A DNA stretch of 64,000 nt from Deltaproteobacteria bacterium (GTDB taxonomy: Bacteria > Desulfobacterota > Syntrophia > Syntrophales > UBA5619), in contig JAFGRP010000167.1 of the NCBI GenBank assembly GCA_016935075.1, positions 6,170 to 70,169 of the forward strand, read 5' to 3'. Shown here one piece after another: positions 20,743 to 29,145 of this stretch. The first letter of the stretch is position 1; every line of letters begins with the position of its first letter. The notes under the pieces are model-generated. The model saw only the letters and a list, made by a program, of their open reading frames with translations. It was not told the DNA's origin and made no database searches. The position numbers and the translations under genes are program-made.

Positions 20743-22653
20743 TTATCCCCGAAAGGCCATTTTCAAATCGTAGACCCCCGCGTCGCTTTTTTTCTTGATG
20801 TCGAAGCCGCCTTTTTCGAATACGTGCAGCATGGGTTTGTTGTCGACCAGGACCTCAGCCGTAAAGCCCAGAAGACCTTCCTTTCTGGCAAGATAGGTCA
20901 GGTAGGAGAGCATTTCCTGCCCGATGCCTCGATTTTGCTGATCATCGCGAACGGCAAATGCGACCTCCGCCGTATGGGATTTTTCATCAATTCCGTACTG
21001 TCCCACACCGACGATCAGTTCATTTTCCGCTGAACCGACGATCCCCAGGATGACCACCTCGCGGCTGTAATCAATAATTACGAAGTCCTGGAGACGCTCG
21101 TGCGGCATGTCCTTTCTTATGGAAAGAAAACGGCGATTCATGCTTCGGTCCGACAGAGAATAGAAGAAATCCTTCAGAAGCGGCTCATCGCTGATCTTAA
21201 CGGGACGCAGGAAAAGATGGAGGCCGGTTTTGGTGGTGCGGTGCGTCTCGAGGTCCTCGGGATACTCCCCCCGCTTTCCGGGGATGAAGGCCTGATCCCG
21301 GTAAATGATCCCCCGTTTCTTCGCCTCTTCAATAAGCCAGGGCCTGAATTTCGGATGGGCAATGGAGATGAGCGTCATTGCCCTCTCTCGCACATTTTTT
21401 CCGTGGAGATAGGCGATGCCGTATTCGGTGACCACATATCGGACATCCCCCCGGTTCAGCGTGATGCCTGCAGATTCGCGCAGAAAGGGAACGATACGGG
21501 AGACGGTGTCTTTCATGGCCGTGGATTTTATCGCGAGGATGGTCCTGCCGCCTTCGGCCAGGAGGGCGCCCCGCATGAAATCTTGATGACCCCCGACGCC
21601 GCTGTAAAATGTGCTGCCGATTGAATCCGATGTGGCCTGGCCCGTAAGATCGATTTCCAGGGCGCTGTTGATGGCGACCATGTTTCTCAGACGGGCGATG
21701 TTGAGGGGGTTGTTCGTATAATCGATGGTCCGGAAGAGAATGGAGGGGTTGTCATTGAGAAATTCGTATGTTGACTTCTTCCCCATGCAGAAGGCGGCTA
21801 TAGACATTCCGGGATTAAGGCTTTTCTGGGAATTGTCGATGACCCCGGCGTTGATCAAATCCACCAGACCATCGCTGAAGAGTTCGGTGTGCACCCCGAG
21901 ATGTTTCTTGTTGTAGAGGTTGGCGAGAACCGCGTTCGGAAGACCGCCATAACCCACCTGGATCGTGTCGCCATCCTGAACAAGCCTCGCCACGTTGTTG
22001 CCGATACGCTGGGTCGTCTCGGTTTGTTCGGTTCCCGGAAGTTCAAGGATGGGCTCATCATGACGGACGATGAAATCGACATCCCGGATGTGGATGAATC
22101 CGTCTCCATGCACGCGGGGCATTTCGGCGTTGACCTGGGCAATGATCACGGAGGCTTGATCCGTGGCGGCCTTGACCATATCTACACTGATCCCAAGGCT
22201 CAGATAACCGTGTTTATCTGGGAGACAGGTCTGCACCAACGCCACATCGATCTTGACGGAGCCGCTTTTGATCAGGGCGGGCACGTCCGAAAGGGAAACG
22301 GGGGCATAGTCGGCAAGCCCCTCATTGACCGGGCCGCGGGTGTTGTTTCCGACGAAAAAGGAGGTGAGTCGAAAATTGCGTTTAAATTTAGGGTCGGTAT
22401 AGGGGGCAATTCCGAAAGAATAGATATGGATGATTTCGGTATCGAAAAAGGCCTTGGGATGGGATTCCACATAATTCACCAGGGCCTGGACAAGATATTG
22501 AGGCTCCCCGCAACCGGAGACGACAAAGATGTGATCCCCCCGACGGATGTGGCTGAAAATATTTTCCTCCGCGGCGAATTTTTCAGGGTAAAGTTTTTTC
22601 CAGCCATCCAGAGAATGCATGTCGTTTTCAAAACCCATCAGGAGCAACCTCAC
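20743..22653 (-). CDS. acetyl-CoA hydrolase/CoA-transferase family domain fused to a C-terminal Pat-type GNAT acyltransferase domain (paralog 1)
   Basis: The N-terminal ~450 aa resemble 4-hydroxybutyrate/acetate CoA-transferases (VHTELFSDGLVDL, SGVGGHQDF). The C-terminal ~170 aa carry a GNAT with the Pat/PatZ-like pattern (RPVKISDEPLL..RRF..IIDYSRE..QNRGIGQEML). Start could be GTG 22653 or ATG 22638. Confidence 0.8.
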   Translation of the reverse strand: MRLLLMGFENDMHSLDGWKKLYPEKFAAEENIFSHIRRGDHIFVVSGCGEPQYLVQALVNYVESHPKAFFDTEIIHIYSFGIAPYTDPKFKRNFRLTSFFVGNNTRGPVNEGLADYAPVSLSDVPALIKSGSVKIDVALVQTCLPDKHGYLSLGISVDMVKAATDQASVIIAQVNAEMPRVHGDGFIHIRDVDFIVRHDEPILELPGTEQTETTQRIGNNVARLVQDGDTIQVGYGGLPNAVLANLYNKKHLGVHTELFSDGLVDLINAGVIDNSQKSLNPGMSIAAFCMGKKSTYEFLNDNPSILFRTIDYTNNPLNIARLRNMVAINSALEIDLTGQATSDSIGSTFYSGVGGHQDFMRGALLAEGGRTILAIKSTAMKDTVSRIVPFLRESAGITLNRGDVRYVVTEYGIAYLHGKNVRERAMTLISIAHPKFRPWLIEEAKKRGIIYRDQAFIPGKRGEYPEDLETHRTTKTGLHLFLRPVKISDEPLLKDFFYSLSDRSMNRRFLSIRKDMPHERLQDFVIIDYSREVVILGIVGSAENELIVGVGQYGIDEKSHTAEVAFAVRDDQQNRGIGQEMLSYLTYLARKEGLLGFTAEVLVDNKPMLHVFEKGGFDIKKKSDAGVYDLKMAFRG

Positions 22654-22853
22654 CGTGAGATTAGGAGCAAGATGAAAATCATTGCTTGCGGACGGGTAAT
22701 CCTAATCATTATGACCGTTTTCTGTCAAGAAAAGAAAAAAACCACGGCGATAAATTCCCCTGAGCAAACCGGACCCATTTTCGTATTAATCCCCGCATAA
22801 AGGATCGATCCTGATGAGGTTCGGAGCTCCAATGTCTTGAGCAGGGTGCGTTA

Positions 22854-25010
22854 TTATTTGGAAGACGGCGGTTTGAGGATGATCCGGCAATCCGCAACGG
22901 TTGCCCCCTTCCCCTCCTCATGGACCAGAAGGGGATTGATATCCAGTTCAATGATCTCCGGATGGTTGATAACCATGTCGGACAGCCGGACGATGTTTTT
23001 CTCCAGGATCTCGACATCCGATTTGGGGCGTCCGCGGAAACCGGTGAACATCTTGTAGCTTTTGATCTCGTGGACCATCCGGTGCGCCTCGTCGCGGTCG
23101 ACTGGAGCCAGACGGAATACCACATCCTTGAACAGCTCAACGAAGATGCCGCCCATGCCGAACATGATCAGTGGGCCGGCAGCGTAACGGTTCATCCCGA
23201 GGATGACCTCATCCCCCGCCTCCGCCATCTTCTGAATGAGAACCCCCTCGAGATGGGCCTCGCCATCGAACTTTCCGGCATTCGACATGATCCGCGTGAA
23301 ATCCGCTTTTATCTCCGCCTCCGTTTTGACCCCGACGACGACGCCGCCCGCGTCCGATTTGTGGAGAATCTGAGGGGAGACGATCTTCATAACGACCGGA
23401 AAACCGATCTCTACGGCGATTTGCACTGCTTCCGCCGCGTTCTTCGCCAGTTTCGTGGGCAGCGTGTTGAAACCATAGCGTTTGAGGAGTTCCAGGCCGT
23501 CCAACTCACCCAGACGGGTCTTTCCGGCGGCCAGACAGCCCCGGATGATCTTCTCGGCCCCCGCGCGATCATGGGCCTTCAGTTTGAACGGCGGCAGGTG
23601 CTCGCGGTTGAGCCAGTGGGAATATTTATAGAGCGCCCCAAGGGCCTTGGCCGCGTTTTCCGGAAACTTGTAAACCGGATATCCGTGCTCCTGGAGGTAT
23701 TTCACCCCGGCTGAGACATCTACGATCCCCATGAAGCAGCAGAGGATCGGTTTGGAAGAGCGGCGGGCAACGCGCACGATCGCCTCTGCCGTCCCCAGCG
23801 CATTCGTCATGGACTGAGGTGTGAGTATAACCAGGGCGCCATCCACGCCCTCGTCCTTGATCACGGCGGAGAGGGCCGTTTCGTAACGGTCTGATGGGGC
23901 GTCTCCAATAATATCCACCGGGTTGTTGATGTTGGCCGTCGTGGGAAGGCAGCGGGCCAATTCGGTGATCGTTTCCGGCGCGAAACTCGCAAGTTCAAGG
24001 TCGGAGGAAACGGTCATGTCGGTTGCCAAAATTCCCGGACCGCCGGCGTTGGTCACGATCGCCACCCTTCTGCCGCTGGGAATCTTCCTTTTCGCCTTCC
24101 CGAGGGCACTTTCGCGCTTGTAGGCAAAGGCATTGGCGAAATCGAAAAGCTCTGCGATGGAATTGGCCCGGATGATCCCGGCCTGCTTGAAGATGGCGTC
24201 GTAGACCGCCTCCGTCCCGGCCAGCGCACCCGTATGGGAGGCGGCCGCCTGGGCGCCGGCCTTGGTCCGGCCCGACTTGATGATCAGCACCGGGGTGGGC
24301 CGGTGGCCGGAGGTGATATTCTTGACCGCTTCAATAAACTCCTGTCCCTTGCGAAGCTCCTCAAGGTAGAGAATGATGACCGCTGTGTTGAGGTCGTTGT
24401 GCAGGTAGAGCAGAAGATCCAGCTCATCGACGTCCGCCTTATTGCCGATGGAAATGAATTTTGAAAAACCGAAATTACGGTCAGCGGCAAAATCGAGGAC
24501 GGCGGTGCAGAGCGCCCCGCTCTGGGAGATGAACGATATATTCCCGCAGATGGGCATCCGCTTGGAGAAACTTGCGTTCAAGCTGACGTCGGGAACGGGG
24601 TTGATGACGCCAAGACAGTTGGGACCGACGAGGCGGACCCCGGCTTCTTTGCAAAGCGAGACGATTCGGTTTTCGATCTCCAGACCCTCGCCGCCGACCT
24701 CGCGGAAACCGGCGGAGACGATCACGATCCCTTTGACCCCCTTTTCGATGGACTCCTCTACTGCCTTGAGGCAGACCATGGGCGGCAGGATGATGATGGA
24801 GAGATCGATCGTGTCAAAGATTGCATTGATAGCCGGATACGTCTTCACGCTCAGAATGGACTTGGCCTTGGGATTAACCGGATAAAGAGTTCCCTGGAAA
24901 CCGCCCTGAAGGATGTTGGCAAAGATATCATGCCCTACCTTGCCGGGGGTATTGGAGGCGCCGATAATGGCGACGGATTCCGGGGAAAAAATGGCATCAA
25001 GACCTTTCAT
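22854..25010 (-). CDS. ADP-forming acetyl-CoA synthetase (acetate--CoA ligase, fused alpha/beta, NDP-forming)
   Basis: CoA-binding IIGASNTPGKVG, phosphohistidine loop ASHTGALAG, C-terminal ATP-grasp. ATG 25010 (MKGLDAIF) lies downstream of a strong promoter. The TTG at 25100 is part of that promoter's -35. Confidence 0.88.
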   Translation of the reverse strand: MKGLDAIFSPESVAIIGASNTPGKVGHDIFANILQGGFQGTLYPVNPKAKSILSVKTYPAINAIFDTIDLSIIILPPMVCLKAVEESIEKGVKGIVIVSAGFREVGGEGLEIENRIVSLCKEAGVRLVGPNCLGVINPVPDVSLNASFSKRMPICGNISFISQSGALCTAVLDFAADRNFGFSKFISIGNKADVDELDLLLYLHNDLNTAVIILYLEELRKGQEFIEAVKNITSGHRPTPVLIIKSGRTKAGAQAAASHTGALAGTEAVYDAIFKQAGIIRANSIAELFDFANAFAYKRESALGKAKRKIPSGRRVAIVTNAGGPGILATDMTVSSDLELASFAPETITELARCLPTTANINNPVDIIGDAPSDRYETALSAVIKDEGVDGALVILTPQSMTNALGTAEAIVRVARRSSKPILCCFMGIVDVSAGVKYLQEHGYPVYKFPENAAKALGALYKYSHWLNREHLPPFKLKAHDRAGAEKIIRGCLAAGKTRLGELDGLELLKRYGFNTLPTKLAKNAAEAVQIAVEIGFPVVMKIVSPQILHKSDAGGVVVGVKTEAEIKADFTRIMSNAGKFDGEAHLEGVLIQKMAEAGDEVILGMNRYAAGPLIMFGMGGIFVELFKDVVFRLAPVDRDEAHRMVHEIKSYKMFTGFRGRPKSDVEILEKNIVRLSDMVINHPEIIELDINPLLVHEEGKGATVADCRIILKPPSSK

Positions 25011-25071
25011 GGTTTTCCTTTCTTCTCTGTTAGTGTGCCCCTTCCGGACGGGGTACTGTTGTTCCTTTAAA

Positions 25072-25100
25072 ATTATCGGCCAGTGTTTCCCGCCTGTCAA
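25072..25100 (-). promoter_or_regulatory. sigma70-like promoter for the ACD operon
   Basis: On the minus strand: TTGACA (25100-25095), 17-nt spacer, GATAAT (25077-25072). About 55 nt upstream of ATG 25010. Confidence 0.5.
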
Positions 25101-25274
25101 GAAGAAACCTCCGGGAATACGGGCAAATCACATTCCGTAACCGACTGGGGGAATGACGATCTCTTGGTTAAACCCTCTTTTTGAAGGGCGCGACGCAGCC
25201 AATTACACAAGAAGGCTCCGTTATTTCGATGCGGATCCCCATGCCCCGTTTCCGAAGACCCGGATGGGGGCTGC

Positions 25275-26138
25275 TCAGGACGGGGGGCGCCCGGTCAGGT
25301 AATCGAAAGGTAATTTTTTGAAGATAACGGGACCTTTTCTCCAGTCGGGAAGGCGGTAATCTGTAACGATCCCGAGAAAACCGACGATGATATGGAAAGT
25401 TGCCCCCCAGAGGATCTCTTCCCCGCCATCGGAATCCCGATGAATCAGGCAGGGGTATTGAAGCAATCTGCGTCCTCCAGCAGCGGGCGCATCGATCTGA
25501 TAGCACCCGAAAAAATCCTCCCGGTAAAAAGACGAAAGGGGGATGACCACGATCTTTTCCACCTCACGGTTCGGACAGAGCGTTCCGGGATTCTCCACAA
25601 ATCCGGCCAGAGGAAAAATCGTCCGTCGGAAAAGAGTCAGGTTGTGCGTAGGCAGAGGGCCGAGGAAGCGGACGCGGTAAGGGGGAAGCCGGATCTCCTC
25701 CCAAGCTTCGCGAAGGGCGTTGGTTAGAAAAAGGGCGATGAATCGAAAGGAGGACGCTTGTTGCTGAAGCGCGTATGCACGCGCCTTTCCTCTGAGAATG
25801 GAGAAAGGTCCGTGGATCAGAAGCGGTCTCAGAAGTCGGTCCAGAACCGGGTGCAGCATGCCCCCCGGAAGGCTCAGATCGCCGGACTGGGGGACGAGGG
25901 AGGAGCGCTTGATCAACTGAAACACGAATTGCCCCTTCCCTTCAAAAGGGGATTCCTGAAAGAGAAGGGGAAGGAGTACCCCGGCTGCACGACGGTGGTG
26001 ATCCGTCTTCCCTGAAGGGGTAAGCTTCCGGAAGGTTTCTTGAAAATCGCAGACAGGCGTTCCGAGTTTTTCTATCACCCTGTCAAGAAACGCCTTGCAG
26101 TCCGTGAAAAGTCCGGGATCCGGAACAGGTTCAGTCAT
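25275..26138 (-). CDS. Nudix hydrolase, CoA pyrophosphatase-like
   Basis: Nudix box ...ALREAWEEIRL. The upstream LIKRSSLVPQSGDLSLPGG resembles the CoA-pyrophosphatase (NudL/Nudt7) LTxRSx(n)GxxxxPGG motif. ATGA overlap with the upstream hydrolase gene. Confidence 0.65.
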   Translation of the reverse strand: MTEPVPDPGLFTDCKAFLDRVIEKLGTPVCDFQETFRKLTPSGKTDHHRRAAGVLLPLLFQESPFEGKGQFVFQLIKRSSLVPQSGDLSLPGGMLHPVLDRLLRPLLIHGPFSILRGKARAYALQQQASSFRFIALFLTNALREAWEEIRLPPYRVRFLGPLPTHNLTLFRRTIFPLAGFVENPGTLCPNREVEKIVVIPLSSFYREDFFGCYQIDAPAAGGRRLLQYPCLIHRDSDGGEEILWGATFHIIVGFLGIVTDYRLPDWRKGPVIFKKLPFDYLTGRPPS

Positions 26139-27124
26139 ATTTCCTCTTCCTGTTCGAGGATTTCATCGATTCGCTTCTCATACCAGCAGCTCATGGGAAA
26201 AGGATCCAGGAATCCGCAATGTCCGCCGTACCGCTGAATGGAAATATCGAGATATCGGTTTTGCGGCAGATGCCGGAAATCCTCCACGGGAACAACGGGA
26301 TCATCCGCAGAGGTCATGATTGTGACCGGCATGGCGAGAGAGGCAAGTGCGTTTCCCGTAAGCGTGTAAAGATTAAAATAATCAATATAATTATCGAATT
26401 CATTATACCAGGGCATGATGGCCTCGGTCAAATTCATGCAGGTCTTGTGATGGAGGATCCCTTCAAAACGGTAGAGTTCCGGGAAACAGCGTTGTTTCCG
26501 CCGGAGAGACCTCTTCCACTTGGCCAGAAAATAGATGCGGTAGATGGGAAGACTTTTGTCGATGGCCAGCGTCGATCGATAGGGATCGAGAGCAGGGCTG
26601 ATGGAGAAAACCCGCCTGAGGTTGGTAATTTTGGAGAGGGATTGCCGAAGAGCAATCCTGAGCACAAAATTCCCGCCCAGTGAAAACCCGATGAGATAGC
26701 AGGGTCGATCCGGCAAAAGCCGTGCAATGTTGCCGACCGCTTGAGCCGTCTCATCCGTCAAAGCGCCGTGAAAGAGTCCCTGATTCAGATGATGGCTTTT
26801 CCCGTGGTCTCTCAGGTTGAGGCGGAAGATGTCGTATCCCCGCCGGAAAAAATAACGTCCCGTTGAGATGACATAGGTGGAATCGGAACTTCCTTCCCAC
26901 CCGTGAATCAGGATGATCAGCCCCCGAGGCCGAACAGGTTGCCGGGAATGATAACCCAAAAGACGACAGCCATTGCCGGCGTTGATGATCACTTCCCGTG
27001 CAACGGCGGCCATCTCGTTTTTTCCCGTTGCCCTGAGCCCCAGACTCCCGAAGATCGTCTGTATATGGGGGCTTCTGGCCCAGACGGCGGGAAGAAAAGG
27101 CTTAATGACCATGTGCGTTCCCAT
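26135..27124 (-). CDS. alpha/beta hydrolase (YheT/ABHD1-3-like)
   Basis: HGWEGSSDSTY and GFSLGGN (GxSxG nucleophile elbow). About 330 aa, typical for this family. Confidence 0.75.
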   Translation of the reverse strand: MGTHMVIKPFLPAVWARSPHIQTIFGSLGLRATGKNEMAAVAREVIINAGNGCRLLGYHSRQPVRPRGLIILIHGWEGSSDSTYVISTGRYFFRRGYDIFRLNLRDHGKSHHLNQGLFHGALTDETAQAVGNIARLLPDRPCYLIGFSLGGNFVLRIALRQSLSKITNLRRVFSISPALDPYRSTLAIDKSLPIYRIYFLAKWKRSLRRKQRCFPELYRFEGILHHKTCMNLTEAIMPWYNEFDNYIDYFNLYTLTGNALASLAMPVTIMTSADDPVVPVEDFRHLPQNRYLDISIQRYGGHCGFLDPFPMSCWYEKRIDEILEQEEEI

Positions 27125-27135
27125 GACGGATGCAC

Positions 27136-27163
27136 AAAAGCCCGATCTTTTGACCGGGCTTTT
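27136..27163 (-). terminator. bidirectional hairpin terminator between tRNA-Met and the hydrolase gene
   Basis: AAAAGCCCG-(10 nt)-CGGGCTTTT. It reads as stem plus U-tract on either strand. It lies 8 nt after the tRNA 3' end and about 12 nt before the hydrolase ATG. Confidence 0.5.
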
Positions 27164-27171
27164 GTATTAAT

Positions 27172-27248
27172 TGGTGGCGGTGCAGGGAATTGAACCCCGG
27201 ACACTACGGATATGAGCCGTATGCTCTAACCGGCTGAGCTACACCGCC
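27172..27248 (-). tRNA. tRNA with CAU anticodon (elongator Met or lysidine-modified Ile2), CCA encoded
   Basis: Reverse complement folds as GGCGGTG-TA-GCTC-AGCCGGTTA-GAGC-A-TACGG-CTCATAT-CCGTA-GTGTC-CGGGG-TTCAATT-CCCTG-CACCGCC-A-CCA. G1-C72 pairs and the anticodon stem has no 3xGC run, so it is not an initiator. Confidence 0.88.
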
Positions 27249-27319
27249 TGGTCTATCGCGCATCAAAAGACGGCATACGCGTCTTTCAGCCTTCGAGTAT
27301 GGTTAACGTCTATTATTAG

Positions 27320-27348
27320 AACATATAATAGATTTATTACAATGTCAA
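27320..27348 (-). promoter_or_regulatory. sigma70-like promoter for tRNA-Met
   Basis: Minus strand: TTGACA (27348-27343), 17-nt spacer, TATGTT (27325-27320). The 8-bp inverted repeat TCTATTAT/ATAATAGA (27309-27316 / 27325-27332) brackets the -10. Confidence 0.45.
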
Positions 27349-27394
27349 TCCCTTCTATTGACATCTGTCTATTGACATCCCGTCTATTCGACAT
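27342..27394. repeat. array of TCTATT(G)ACAT motifs (one inverted, three direct copies, 14-15 bp period)
   Basis: ATGTCAAT 27342-27349 (inverted copy). TCTATTGACAT at 27354-27364 and 27368-27378. TCTATTCGACAT at 27383-27394. AT-rich island in an otherwise GC-rich sequence. Confidence 0.6.
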
Positions 27395-29075
27395 TGAGCT
27401 TGTAGGCGACGATCACACTTCTGTCTCTGATGGCGCCGCCCACGGAGAGGACCAAGGCGAGCACCACCTCGTTTTCCCCGTCGTTGTCGATGTCTCTGAA
27501 CTGATAATCCGCAACGTAGCCGCCGATTTTTTTCGTCCGCCAGTTCTCCACTATAGCCATGCCGTCCCATTCCAGATCATAAACCTCCGCAGAGGTGAAG
27601 AGTTTGACTCGCTGAAGCAGACGATTGGTTGAGGAAAGGTTTTTTACGATGATGATCTCCCGCTTTCCATCCTTGTTGGTATCGTAAGTCAGAATCCTCA
27701 AATTGATATAGTGATAGGGTTCATCGGTGTCGGCATTGGGGTCATTCATGCCTTCGATGATGGTATTGCTTCCACCGAATACATCCTCGCTCTTCCAGAT
27801 GAATTCATCGCTGCCCCCTACGACGGCTACCTTGGAAAGAGGCTTATCCGTCTTCTCGTAGATGCACATGTAATCGTAGTCGTCCAAGGCGATAATTCTC
27901 TCCTCACCACCCGTACCGAGTTTGTCCAGGGTCAGACCATAAACGGAGAGCCCCTGCGGAATTCTCATCTTCTGACCTTCCCGGTAATCGCCGTTCTGCC
28001 AAACGATTTCGTATATCGGGGTATCAAAGGGTTTGTCCATGCCTCTTCTTTGGCCCAGCAGAAGGGGGATCCCCGAGGCGTTGTCGATTACCCTCATGAA
28101 AAAGGGAAGACCGGCGGCGATCGTCGTAAACTTTCCATTCCGGAATTCAATGATGAAAGAATCGACCTGCCGTCCTCGGTAGCTCGAAACAATGATTTCC
28201 TTGATGCCGTTCGCGTTGATATCGGCGACGTCCAGACTGATGTAATTGTCATATGATTTTCCGGAAATCTGTTGAATAAGCTTGAATTCATTTCCCTTTT
28301 TCCGGTAGATAAAAATATTGTTCGGATCAATTACGACGGTTTCGTTCAGTCCGTCCCCGTTGACGTCACCGATATCGACCCCCCTGAATTCATTTGAAAA
28401 CTGTTGGCTCTTCCAAAAGGTTTTCCGGTCGAGTGGTTGTGCGGCGTTGATGAAGTCAGGGTTGATGGATGAGGTATAGGTGCCTTTTCGTCCGCCTCTC
28501 ATTCCGGAGATGATCTCCGCTTCCCGGGTGGCCTGGAGGGAAGGCTGGCGGGAAACAATGATCTCTTTGGGGACCGGCGGGGATTCATTCGCCTGGAATT
28601 GCCCGCCGAGGATATGGGTGTCGATCCGCTGAGCAAAGTCATTGATCTTCGGAATGACTTCGTCCATGGTCGGGCATTGTGCAAAGATGTTGACGGCCGT
28701 CTTCTGGGCGGCAATATCGATCAGCTTGCCGTCGATGCTCAGACTGTTGCCGATCTTTGTAATACTGCCCCATACAACGAAGTCCGCATTGAGTTTTTTC
28801 CCCAAGGCGTAGGCATCGGCCAGCGCAAGTTCCCTGCCCGCGGCCTCCTGAAGGGCGGCAATGACCGCGTCTTTGCCGATGACATCGATCTTGCCGTTGA
28901 CGGAGATCCGGGAGGCGAGCATGTCTCCGATCCCCTGGCGGACATAGTCAATGTTTTCCGCGCTGTGGATGGAAAAGGGCAGAACGGCAACGGTGTTTCT
29001 ATCCTTAGCACACAGCGGCTGAACCGAAACGATCAGAAAAATAAGACACGCAAACCACCGATATATATTTTTCAT
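27384..29075 (-). CDS. secreted FG-GAP/VCBS-repeat protein with N-terminal LpoB/TolB-N-like domain
   Basis: Signal peptide MKNIYRWFACLIFLIVSVQPLCA (ATG 29075, GGGAGAA RBS). N-domain VAVLPFS...GIGDMLASRI. At least four Ca-binding-like FG-GAP loops (DVNGDGLNE, DINANGIKE, DTNKDGKRE, DIDNDGENE). Confidence 0.7.
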   Translation of the reverse strand: MKNIYRWFACLIFLIVSVQPLCAKDRNTVAVLPFSIHSAENIDYVRQGIGDMLASRISVNGKIDVIGKDAVIAALQEAAGRELALADAYALGKKLNADFVVWGSITKIGNSLSIDGKLIDIAAQKTAVNIFAQCPTMDEVIPKINDFAQRIDTHILGGQFQANESPPVPKEIIVSRQPSLQATREAEIISGMRGGRKGTYTSSINPDFINAAQPLDRKTFWKSQQFSNEFRGVDIGDVNGDGLNETVVIDPNNIFIYRKKGNEFKLIQQISGKSYDNYISLDVADINANGIKEIIVSSYRGRQVDSFIIEFRNGKFTTIAAGLPFFMRVIDNASGIPLLLGQRRGMDKPFDTPIYEIVWQNGDYREGQKMRIPQGLSVYGLTLDKLGTGGEERIIALDDYDYMCIYEKTDKPLSKVAVVGGSDEFIWKSEDVFGGSNTIIEGMNDPNADTDEPYHYINLRILTYDTNKDGKREIIIVKNLSSTNRLLQRVKLFTSAEVYDLEWDGMAIVENWRTKKIGGYVADYQFRDIDNDGENEVVLALVLSVGGAIRDRSVIVAYKLNVE

Positions 29076-29145
29076 TTTCTCCCATTCCCCGGTTAGAATC
29101 AATAGTGCATTGGCGGGCATTTTCTAACATGTTGCAGCGAAGAAT

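Noticed and set aside
22654-22853. 200-nt spacer between ACD and the CoA-transferase/GNAT gene, with nested inverted repeats (GATTAGGA...TCCTAATC) and a TTGACA hexamer, as a possible riboswitch or sRNA.
   Set aside because: It matches no riboswitch class I recognise. The stems are short with large loops. It is more simply an internal promoter or 5' UTR region, and I cannot substantiate more from sequence alone.
27266-27286. 7-bp hairpin AAAGACG/CGTCTTT in the tRNA-Met leader as an attenuator or terminator.
   Set aside because: The stem is short and AT-rich, and the flanking A/T residues are part of the stem. It is more likely an incidental or processing-related structure, so I do not report it as a feature.
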